From Balamuthia mandrillaris (taxonomy: Eukaryota), in contig JAVKOQ020000112.1 of NCBI GenBank assembly GCA_031835245.2, forward strand, positions 1 through 64,000: 64,000 nucleotides of DNA, in the 5' to 3' direction. This document shows positions 13,240-23,383 of the stretch, piece after piece. A program made the position numbers and the translations under genes. Each line of letters opens with the position of its first letter. The first letter of the stretch is position 1. The notes below the pieces were generated by a model. That model ran no database searches. It saw nothing but the letters and a program-made list of their open reading frames with translations, and was not told the DNA's origin.

Positions 13240-13963
13240 AACGACAAGAAACGACAAGAAAGAAAGTCCACAAACCTCAGCCCAAACATCATTCCCGGCG
13301 GTAACATCATCGATCCTTCCCTTCTCCATCAGCTGCACCGCCAGCAAGAGGAACCGAATGCCATGCACCAAGTTCTTTTTGGCCTTGTAGAGCTCGCCCT
13401 CCTTCCACAGCCGTTTGGCCTTTTGGTAGTTGTGCTTGGCGTCGGCGATGGCGGCCTTGCGGAGGTTGGTCTTGCGCAGGGCGAAGCAGCAGCGGGTGAG
13501 AAAGCGCTGGTCCCGTCGGAGGACGAAGCGGTCGGCGGGGAGGAAGAGGAGCATCACGCACCACACCACGTTCTCATCGAGCAGCAAGCGAAAGTAGTCC
13601 TCGTGATAAAAGTTGATGTTGATGTCCTCTTTCTGTGGTGGAGTTTTGATTTTCTTTTAAAACAAACCAGCGCAGAAACGAAAAAGAGCAACAAGAGAAG
13701 AGGGAAGACACTACTTCTATGAGAAAAGGACCTTCGTAGTAGTGTCCCGAAACGATGGCAACCATGTCGCAGTCGGAGGAGGCGGAGCTGACGCCGTGGC
13801 ACCGCGAGCCAAAGATGAAGAGGGCACGAAGGGAGTCCGCCTGCCTCAACGTGAGATCGCTGCTCTCCGCCATCAGCTCCTCCACGCGTTGCAGCAGACG
13901 GGCATTCTCCAGAGGTGATGGAGGAGAGAGGGAGGGCTCAGCATCATCTTTCTTTCGTTCCAT
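11230..13963 (-). CDS. Pol-beta-type nucleotidyltransferase fused to a T4 Rnl1-like RNA ligase domain (ligase motifs partly degenerate)
   Basis: N-terminal FIFGSRCHGVSSASSDCDMV (GS...DxD). Ligase region has VAECAHGLIL, WRVVSYPYDLFF, MDWNTARVYEKVEGSIAILYY, WRVASRETPDG and GGFVVVDDHFHRLKVKS. Confidence 0.8.
13179..13240. repeat. (AAAG)n microsatellite, intronic
   Basis: Tandem AAAG inside an intron of the NTase-ligase gene. Confidence 0.95.
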
Positions 13964-14093
13964 TTTTGATGAAGTAGAAAATCTTTGAATTTCATCCAAT
14001 TGGAAATCATAAATTCAAAGATCAGATCAAGATTAACCAATAGAAATTCAAAAGAATGAAAAAAAAAAGAGAGAAGAAAGCGAAGAAGAAAGA

Positions 14094-16291
14094 ATGCAAT
14101 CATCGGCACAGGTAACTCTATTTTTTCTTTTTTTCCACCAGTCCCCTGAGGACATGAAGTGGGAACATACTTATTTTTTCGTTTTTTATTATTCTTGTTT
14201 TGTTTGTTGGTGGTCACAGAAAGCAGAAGAGCTGAAATCCAGAGGCAATGAAGCGTTCAAGGCCCAGGATTACACCCTCGCCGTGCGATGCTACACGGAA
14301 GCGCTGCAGCATGACCCCAACAACCACCTTTTGTACAGGTATGAACCCTTCTCCTTTTCCTTTTACTTTTTCCTCTTTTTGTTTGTCTTCTTGTTCCGCC
14401 GCTTCTTTCCTCCTCCTTCTACTACTTCCTTGCTTTCATTCTTCTTCTTGTTCTAAACGCTCAAACAATGACTGGACACAGCAACCGGTCGATGTGCCTA
14501 TTCAAGTTGGGAAAGTACTTCCTTTCTTCCAACGACGCCGATCACTGTCTTCGCCTGCAGCCCGCCTTCCGCAAGGGCTTCTTCCGCAAAGCCCAGGCTT
14601 TGCTCGGCATGAACAGCCCTAACCAAGCGTACAAGTATCTCCTCATCGCTCTCAACAATCTTTCTTCATCCTCTTCTTCCGCTTCTTCGTTAGAAGAGAA
14701 GAAGAGCATCGCCGTGGAACGGCGACAAATCCTTCAAGAAATACAAAGAGCCATCCACTTGAAGAACCGAAAAATGAAAGCAGAAGGACGAGGAGAAGGG
14801 GTGCGCATAGTTTTCTTTGAGGAGCACAACAAAGGCCAAGGCCTCGTTGCAGAGCGGGACTTTAGTGCTGGAGAAGTCATCTTTGAGGACACTCCGTTGG
14901 TGGCTGCTCGCTATGAGCCTTTGGTGGAGACAAAAGATTCTGTTTGCTGCGCTCATTGCTTTCGCTCGTTGGTGCCTCTTCGAGTTGTAAAGAAGCAATT
15001 GAAACAAGCTGGTAACTAACATCAGGAATGCACACCGCTTTCTTCTCTGCTTGCTAACTCCGTTCTCTGTCCCTCTCTCGTTCGTTGTCTACTCTTCTCT
15101 GCCCTCTTCACCCTGCCCCTCCCTTATTATGAACCGAAAGGGAACAAGGATCCTCTTCAAGGCGCAGAGGCGTACTTTGAATACCAGCGCAACGCTGTCC
15201 GGTGTGCTGAATGCGACACTGAATTGTATTGTTGCGAACAATGTCAGACAACAGCTTGGGATCAAGTCATTATTCCACCCTCCTTTCTTCTGTTCTCAGG
15301 TCTATATTCTGTCATACTAATATATAAAATGCAGTACCACAGTGAACTTTGCACGAGAAAGCAGGAAGACCATCCAGTGAATCAACTCTATCAACGAGCG
15401 AAAGAAGTTTCCACGCCAGATGAACCCCACCTTTACATCGTTCGTCTTACTGCGAGGCTGGTTGCCACTCAAATTTGCCGTCTCAAGCACTTTCTTTCTT
15501 CTTCATCCGAAGGTATCAATTCTTCCTCTATCTAAATGTGTTGTTCAATTCGTTACCTTCTAATACCATTCCCTCTGCTGTTACACAATTAAGAGGATGT
15601 CTCTTCCGATAAAAGCCCTGTGGACGAACTCTGCGACCCGTTCCGAGCCTTCTCTTCTCCATCTATTCCGACCGTCTATCATGACAAGCCCGAGCTTCTT
15701 CGCTTCTTTTGCAACAAACTGGAAGAGGCGCTAGGTCCCTCTCGGCCGTATCTTCGTTCTTCTTCATCTTTAGATTCATCATCACTCAAAGCAGCCGCCA
15801 AGCTTTCATTCTTGTTCACACCACGAGCATTCGAGCAGATGTTCGTGCAATACTCCATGAACTCTGCCAAGTTCATCCCTAAGACCCCATTAGAGAGCTG
15901 GTGGAAGAGGAAGAGCGGGCAGCGCCCATCACCTCTTCAACTTGCCAGAAAGGAATTGCTGCTGGCTCAAAAGATGGAAGTGCCAGAAGAACTTCTTGGC
16001 GGTACTTCAACAATAACCACGAATAGAAGAAGGAAAGATACCATGAGCAAATGGCCCGGAAGCTGCGAACTGGGAGGTCTCTTCGAAGTGCACGCCATGT
16101 TGAATCATTCGCGAGAAAGGAGCGGAGTGAACGCCGTTGTTTCGGATCGTTTTGAGGAGGGAAGGATAGCGGTGGTAGCTTTCAGAAACGTGGCAGCTGG
16201 CGAGGAGCTACTGATAGATTACCTGATGGGAGTGGAGGATCCTGCGCTGAGGAGGCAACTAGAGGAGGACTATCTCATTACTTCTTCGTAG
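14094..16291 (+). CDS. TPR + SET/MYND (SMYD-like) protein lysine methyltransferase
   Basis: TPR: KAEELKSRGNEAFK...YTEAL, SNRSMC. Split SET: KGQGLVAERDFSAGEVIF ... LNHS ... GEELLIDY. MYND: CAHC, CAEC...YCCEQCQ...HSELC. Confidence 0.85.
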
Positions 16292-16507
16292 CAGACTTCT
16301 CAATGAGCTTGCAAAAGGTTTGGTTGTTTAGGTGTTTGTTCTTTTCGTTGTTGCTTTATTATTTGTCGCTTCGCTAACCTTCTTTTGCTCAACTCGCCAT
16401 TTTCGACAAACATAGTAGTTCATTAAACTTATTAAAATATACTAGGGTAAATTGCTGTTGTTTTCTTATTTTCAACCTTTGGTTAGGAAACAAAAACTAC
16501 TGTAGTA

Positions 16508-19500
16508 ATGAAAACGGTGCGTTATGCTTTGGTGGTGTTGCTCAGTTTCGTGGCTCTGCAGTGCGAAGCCGCAGATCATGACCTACTCTATGCAATGGCT
16601 GGTCGTGAGTTATTGACTTCTTCGACAGGTTCAGCCGCTCTTTTTGCAACGGTTAGTCTCGATATGTTTGTCTGTTTTACACTCTGTTCTTCTCCGATTT
16701 AGTCTCTTCTGTTTGCGGAGATGAGGCTCTGACTTTAAAGCCAACATAGGTCTCTAATTTGGGAGACTTGGATGGGGATGGAAACCAAGACTTGCTCATG
16801 GGAAACCCTCCGCATCTTCGCCTTGTCTTCTTGAACGACGATGGCTCCAACAAAGCCGAAGTCCAAATTCCAGATGCCAACTCGAACCTCACCATGCCGG
16901 CTAGCTTTGGAGAGTTTCATGCCAGCTTTCGAAACGAAGAAGACAAAGTAACAGTCCTCGCCATCACCTGCGAGTCCACAGCAAGCTTTTGGTGGTTCCA
17001 ACTGGCTTCCGACGGTAGCATTATAGGCGGTGATGATGCGGTTGTTTCTGGACAAGTTCCAGGCCAACTCCCGGACGGTTGTCCTGCTGCCTTCCTTCGA
17101 TTCTTGTCTAGAGATGATGATAGGAAAGTGGTCCGCTTTGCGGCAGTGAATATCACAGACTTTGAGGAAACAGTGGGAGAGGAGTTGGTTATTCTTACAT
17201 TTGGAGAGGATGGAGAGGCTTTCTGGAATGAGACAGTTTCGACGTCGGCGCCAGCTAGACCTCCACTTTCCTATTACCCCTTCCCCAGGTATCCCAGACT
17301 CTTTACGTTGGGTATGTTTTCATTCGTTCAGTTTTGCCGCTTTATGCAAAGTTTAGTCATTGTCATTTATTTTTGCTTTTCATATAGATGCAGATGATGA
17401 TGGAGTCATTGATGTGTTATTCTCATGGCTTGTGCTACCAAACCTGTATGCCCCAATGTTGAGCGTTGATGCAGATGGAATAGATGATTTGTTGGTCACT
17501 GGAAGCATGCTGGACTATCCGAATTTCTCGCCTGTTAGTACAGCTGAATTTTTGGTGATGTCGTTGACTGCGGATGGAAGCTTCAAGGACTTGAACCTTC
17601 TTCCTGGAACATTCGATCCTGGCTTCAACTTTTTGAATTCGTAACCTCCCTTCTGTCTTGCATGCTTTTTTGTTCTCCTTCTCCTTTCTCCTTTCTCCTT
17701 CTCCTTCTCCTTTCTCCTTCTGCTTCTGCTTCTGCTTCTGCTTCTGCTTCTGCTTCTCCTTCTCCTTCTCCTTCTCCTTCTCCTTCTCCTTCTCCTTCTC
17801 CTTCTCCTTCTCCTTCTCCTTCTCCTTCTCCTTCTTGCTTACAGATCGACATTCAGAATGGACATGATACCTTTGCCAGACGTCAACCAGGATGGAACCG
17901 AAGATATAGCCATGAGAGTCTCGGGAGGGCTTTGGACCACCTTTATGCATCAAGCCACATTCTCTTTCAACATATCCTCCTTGACTATCTCCAGAAATGT
18001 CTCCGAAATACTTGTGGAAGTGACTTTCTCCCGCCAGCCGACCGATGGAGAGGTAACCCTTCCTTTCGAGATCACGGGGAGCGCAGTCAAGGGCAAGGAC
18101 TTCCGTGTGTCCTCCACCACTCCAAGTCCTTTGAGATTCCCTATCGGTGAAACCAAGGCAAACTTCTTCCTGTTGTTCTTTGAAGAAGAGAAGGAAAATT
18201 GGGGATTGGAGAAGCATCTTTGCATTCAACTCTTGCGGCCGACTCCCGAGCTGTTCAGGTTGCATCCTCATAGCAGTATTCTCAACATCACATTGCTTCC
18301 TATACATTCTGAACCCTACGTCCCTGGGGAGGACTCCGACTCCGCCTCTCCCTCCTCTTCTGCGTCTTCGAGTGGCGCCAAGGAAGCAGAAACTGGAGAG
18401 AGTTCAGAGGATTCAAGTCGTTTGGTTCCAATTTTGGTTCCGCTCTCGGTCGTGATTCTGCTGATGGCAGCATTCGTCACAACCGTCATCATTTGGAGAA
18501 GAAAGAAGATGAAGAAGCGGAAAAAAACGCTGGAAGGAAGCAGTACCATGATGGAAGACGTCGAAGCACTGAAAACACAAGAGATTTACGCCACCACTGC
18601 TGACCTCAAGGACGAGAACGAAGAAGCGGAGGAAGAAAATAAGGACAAGAAGGAAAAGAGAAAGTCGATGCGACCCGTGTCTTTGGTGATGAAGCAAAAC
18701 AAAATCATCGGAATCACTGATATGTGGTGTTTGAACTTCAAAGAACTGGAATTCCAAGAAGAGATTGGACAAGGGTCTTTTGGAGTGGTGTATCGAGGAA
18801 TTTGGAGAAACACGACTGTGGCCATCAAGTGCGTGAAGAGCAACTCGTTAAGCAAGAAGCAGATGGAAGAGTTCAGGCAGGAGGTGGACATGATGTCCGG
18901 CTTGAGGCCACATGTACATGTGGTGCAGCTGTTGGGAGTGTGTGTGGATGCTGCCTTTCCCCTATGCATCGTGACGGAGTTCTTGTCCAAAGGCAGTCTG
19001 TTGGACTACTTGCAAAGCCTCAAGCAAAACGAGTACACGTTCCCCTTACCCTTTCTTCTCGCTTCTAGTATTTCTTGATCTTCTTTATGCTTCCCTTGTT
19101 CTGCTCCTGCTTCTCCTCCTCCGCTCTCTTCATCTTCGCTCTTCTCTTCATCTTTCCTTCTTCTCCGTCTTCTTTTCACTGCTTCTCTTCTTTATTTTCT
19201 AAGCATTGTTGTTTCAACGTATAGGAGCAATTTGAGCATGAAAAAGATGATTAACATCGCGAAAGGAGTTGCAAGCGGAATGCAACACCTTCACGCAGAA
19301 CATGTGGTTCATCGCGATTTGGCTGCTCGCAACGTACTGTTGACTTCAGATCTGACCGCCAAAGTGGCTGACTTTGGGATGTCTCGTCTTGTGGCTTCGG
19401 AGGAGAATCAGCACCAAACTTCCACGTATGTGGGCCCTGTTCGATGGATGGTTGATTATCTCGTCTATCGTCTTTTTCTTTCATCTTATTCCTTTTTTTT

Positions 19501-19858
19501 CTTTCATTTTGCTCTTCCATTCTTTCCACTCTTCAATTTTATGTTTTTCTTTCTCATTTCATTTCATTCACAAAAGGCGCCAGAGAGCATTGAAGACAGA
19601 GTGTATTCTGAAGCATCGGATGTGTGGAGCTTCGGCGTGTTGCTGTGGGAGATCTGCACCCTCGGAGCCATGCCATTTGCTCAGATGACCGCCCTGAAGG
19701 CCACGCTCCATGTGCTGCAAGGTGGACAACTGGACATTCCCAGCGAGGAAGAGGGATGTCCTGCGGTGTTTGCAGAGTTAATGAGAAGTTGTTGGCGATG
19801 GGATGCTTCAGAGAGACCTACGTTTGCTGACATCGTTGTTCTATTAAAGCAAGGATGA
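16508..19858 (+). CDS. Single-pass receptor kinase (tyrosine kinase/TKL-like) with FG-GAP-like extracellular repeats
   Basis: Signal peptide MKTVRYALVVLLSFVALQC. Repeats GDLDGDGNQDLL, DADDDGVIDVL and DVNQDGTEDI. TM segment LVPILVPLSVVILLMAAFVTTVIIW. Kinase motifs IGQGSFGVVY, VAIK, HRDLAARN, DFG, GPVRWMAPE, SDVWSFG. Confidence 0.9.
17672..17836. repeat. Compound (TCTCCT)n/(TCTGCT)n hexamer repeat, intronic
   Basis: Lies between the GTAACC donor at 17641 and the CAG acceptor at about 17844 in the receptor kinase. Confidence 0.95.
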
Positions 19859-20051
19859 TTCTCCGTGTTTCAGGTAATTACCTGTTCGTATTCCCGTGGC
19901 CCCTCTGTGCTCTCCTCTCCTGCCTCCTCTCTCCTCGCTTCGACCACAAAAATTGTCAAAATTATCCTTTAGTTTCTTGCTGCAACAGCTTTGATAAATA
20001 GTCAATGGTACAGTGGGAGAGGGCCAACCAACGCTCAGAGATTGGTCAGCT

Positions 20052-20558
20052 TTAGTTGATGGTAATGCGGTGGCCCTTGGGAGGTTCTGGCTTGGGGATG
20101 ATCACCTCCAGCACCCCGTCCTTGTGATTGGCCTGGATGGCTGAGGCATCCACCCCCTGAGGCAAGAGGATGGACCGGTGGAAGCAACCAAAGCTTCGCT
20201 CCACCCGATGGAACTGCTCCTTCTCCTCCTTGCTCTCCTGCTTCCTCTCTCCTCGGATGTGAAGGCGCTGGTTCTCCACCTCCACCTCGATGTCCTCCTT
20301 GGGGATGCCCGGCAGCTCGGCATGCACCACCACCGCCTTTTCTGTCTCCCTCACATCGCAGAGCGGGCTCCATTGGCGAGGCATCATGCTGAACAGGTCT
20401 TGCCTCCATGGGTTGGTGGTGGTGCTGAGGCTCTTCTCCTCGTTGCTGTTGGTGGGGTCCTTGGTGGCGGAGGAAGGTTGTGGTTGGTGGTTGTGGAATT
20501 CTCCGAAGAGGGAGTCCATTTGCCTTTGCAGGCGTCTCATTTCAGACCAAAGGCCCAT
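20052..20558 (-). CDS. HSP20: Small heat shock protein (Hsp20/alpha-crystallin), intronless
   Basis: WSPLCDVRET...AELPGIPKEDI...ERSFGCFHRSILLP...DGVLEVIIPK. Probable ATG (MGLWSE) at 20558. Confidence 0.95.
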   Translation of the reverse strand: MGLWSEMRRLQRQMDSLFGEFHNHQPQPSSATKDPTNSNEEKSLSTTTNPWRQDLFSMMPRQWSPLCDVRETEKAVVVHAELPGIPKEDIEVEVENQRLHIRGERKQESKEEKEQFHRVERSFGCFHRSILLPQGVDASAIQANHKDGVLEVIIPKPEPPKGHRITIN

Positions 20559-20672
20559 TGTGATTGCAGAATTGGTAGTGATGGATTGTGGTATGTGGAT
20601 GTTTAGAATCTTGTTGTTCGTTGGTGATTCTTGTTCAACGACGAAGGGGGTTGATAGTGACAAATGACGAAG

Positions 20673-20680
20673 TATTTATA
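20673..20680 (-). promoter_or_regulatory. TATA box of Hsp20
   Basis: TATAAATA on the minus strand, about 115 nt upstream of the Hsp20 ATG. Confidence 0.7.
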
Positions 20681-20766
20681 TCCGCGCAACATCCATTCCA
20701 CAAGTTTGTTTGGGCTGAGAATGACTGTTCTCAGATTCCTGATATTTTCGAGTTTCTTGCCTTGGA

Positions 20767-20786
20767 GGAAATTTCAAGAAGTTTGC
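20767..20786. promoter_or_regulatory. Heat shock element (nGAAnnTTCnnGAAn)
   Basis: gGAAatTTCaaGAAgtTTGc: three perfect inverted nGAAn units plus one near-match, about 90 nt upstream of the Hsp20 TATA box. Confidence 0.8.
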
Positions 20787-21609
20787 ATGAAATTTTATTT
20801 TCTGTCGACCGCACGCAAAGAAGAGAGGAAGAAAAAGAAAATGGAGCAAACACAAAAGCAAGCAAGCGTCGTTGCTACGTGCGGCACGGAAGGGGGAAGC
20901 AAGTTGTATGTCCCTTCAACACGACAACCACCCAAAACTGAAAAGTTCAAAAAGCAAAAATTAGTTGTAGGCGCACGTTTTTTTTTTTGTTGTTTTCCAG
21001 TTTTCAGGTTCAAAGAAAAAAAATAATGTGATGCAACGAAATTCGAGCGAAAAGAGAGTGAATGGCGTGATGACATCAGCCATGAAGGCGCAGCATTGGT
21101 CGATTGCTCGCCGCTTCATCACAAAGTTTTTTTGTTTTTGGATCGAAACGTCATGCCCAGAGATACTCGGTCCCTTTCATCTTGCGGGCAGGGGGAGTTG
21201 AGAAGATATTTAAAAGGAGAGAACGGCTGCGTCCCCCCTTGTGTTTGACAAGGTACGTCTACGAAACAAAGGAAAATAAAAATAATCCGTGTAGAAATGT
21301 GTGGAAAGCGAGGGGAGAGAAGGGAGAACTTTCGTAGAGAACAGAAAGGAGAAACAAAGGAAACAAAATAAAATGTGTCAACCTCACGTTTAACTCCCTC
21401 TCCCAACTCTTGAGTCTTGAGAGCTTCCCTATCTCTTTCCGTCTTCTTTTTTTTTCTCCTTGTTGTTTGTCGAATGAAAAACAAAAACACTTTTCTGAAA
21501 AACCAAAGCAGAGGAAGAAAGAAAGCATTTAGTGTCGTTAGTGAAGGAAGAAGGAGACCGCACAATAGAGGAAGAAGAAGAAGAAACTGGAGAGCCAAAG
21601 CATAGAACA

Positions 21610-22851
21610 ATGGCAGAGGTCATGAACCCTAAGGAAGAACGGGCCGAAGAAGCATCCGAGCTGACTCAACTCGTGGCCAGCATACCCGAACTGGTGGAGC
21701 GGATAGCGGCGCAGGTGGAGGACGCCCGCTCCTTCCTCAACCTCTGCTTGGCGGGGCGCTGCTTCGGTGCCGTCCTCTGCAACCGGGCCAACCAAAGAGC
21801 AGCCAAGCAACGCTACCGCCGCTTCATAGAACGACATGAAGGAGGAACAGACGAAGGAGCACTGGCAGATGGAGCAAACAATGAAACAAGAACAGGAGGA
21901 GGTGGCGGAGGTGGTGGCAATGGTGGAGGAGGAGGACCTTCTTTGCCGACGAAGCCTCGAACCACTCTAAAGTACTATGTTCTGCCCAATGGAGCTTTGC
22001 ATGGTCCCTTTGACCGATACAATCAGGAGAACGTCGTCATAGAGCATGTTCACTATGAGAACGGCAAGAGGGTGGGTCCTTACCATCAGTATCACGATGA
22101 CGGCAGCCTCAAAGTCAGATGCTTCTACAACGGGGAGGGGAAGAAGGAGGGGCCTTACAAGGAGTGGTACGCCAGTGGGGCTCTGAAGCTGCGCATGCAG
22201 TTCCGCAATGGCAAGGCGGAGGGTCGGTGCTTCATCTACTGGCCCAACAGGAAGCTCCGAGCGGTGAAGCATTACATCGGAGGAAAAGAGCACGGCTGCA
22301 GGCAGGAATGGTTCGGCAACGGCTTGCTCCGTAAGCAGTGCTTCTATAGACAGGGCCTCATGGAGGGAACCTACCGGGAGTGGCATCGTAACGGCAATCT
22401 CTTCTTGAGCGTGGATTACCGTGAGGGCAAGCGGCACGGACAGTTCTCCCGCTACTATGCCAGTGGCAGCCTTCATAGACGCTTTGAAATGCAGGCGGGC
22501 CTCCTCCACGGCCAGTACGTGGTGTGGCATCCCAATGGCAGGGTCCACATTCGGGCCTCCTACAGAGAAGGAAAGAGAGAGGGGAGATATGAGGTGAAGA
22601 ACGCGGCGGGAAAGATGGTGGAGAAGAAGAACTATCGAGAGGGCAGAGTGGAGAAGAAGAACCTGATGTACATACTTCGCAGGGCGAGCAAGCATCGTCG
22701 CAAAAAGCAGCAAACGCAACAAGGAGATGGTGGTGAGGATCAACGACAAGGGCAACATGAAACAAGAAGAAGAAAGATCAACGGACCTTTTCATGCCTTC
22801 ATGAGAGGGACATGCTTTCATCTTACGATGGCTACCCACAGCGTACAGTAA
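21610..22851 (+). CDS. MORN-variant (YwqK-like) repeat protein with F-box-like N-terminus, intronless
   Basis: Tandem G-x-Y/W-x-x-W/Y-x-x-NG repeats (e.g. GPYKEWYASG, GTYREWHRNG). N-terminal IPELVERIAAQVEDARSFLNLCLAGRCF resembles an F-box. Confidence 0.8.
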   Translation: MAEVMNPKEERAEEASELTQLVASIPELVERIAAQVEDARSFLNLCLAGRCFGAVLCNRANQRAAKQRYRRFIERHEGGTDEGALADGANNETRTGGGGGGGGNGGGGGPSLPTKPRTTLKYYVLPNGALHGPFDRYNQENVVIEHVHYENGKRVGPYHQYHDDGSLKVRCFYNGEGKKEGPYKEWYASGALKLRMQFRNGKAEGRCFIYWPNRKLRAVKHYIGGKEHGCRQEWFGNGLLRKQCFYRQGLMEGTYREWHRNGNLFLSVDYREGKRHGQFSRYYASGSLHRRFEMQAGLLHGQYVVWHPNGRVHIRASYREGKREGRYEVKNAAGKMVEKKNYREGRVEKKNLMYILRRASKHRRKKQQTQQGDGGEDQRQGQHETRRRKINGPFHAFMRGTCFHLTMATHSVQ

Positions 22852-23075
22852 AAAACACGATGAGAATGAGGCAAGAAAGAACTTCATCACCACTTTAATA
22901 ACTGCATCCGCTTATTTTGTTGTGTTAAATAAAGACTTTGTAACTATGAACAGACGTTACTACGAATCGCAAAAGATAAGGAAAACGAAGAGAGAGACAG
23001 AGACAGAGACAGAGACAGAGACAGAGAGAGATAGAGAGAAAGAAAGAGGGAGAGAATCCTATTCGTCCGCTGAGT

Positions 23076-23337
23076 TTACATAGTGCCACAACCTTGGTTG
23101 TTGCCTGCGTATGCAGCGGTTGCAGTTAAGGTTGGTAGTTTTCGTGAATCGGGTGCTGCAGACAAAGGCATTTGAGCAAGGCTTAACTCCCTTCCAAATG
23201 ATACCACCTCAATGCGTTCAGGGAGTAGTGACTTAAGGGTGGCTGGTGTCATCATCAGCTCATAGCTCCCATCTCCAGACGATGCATACAATACTTTTTG
23301 CATCAACACCCTTTGGTTTAAGAAAAAGTTAAACGCG

Positions 23338-23383
<46 letters not shown>

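Noticed and set aside
21066..21123. GTGATGA plus imperfect hairpin in intergenic DNA (possible snoRNA or SECIS)
   Set aside because: No properly placed box D or rRNA guide, no G.A quartet, and the stem is short enough to arise by chance.
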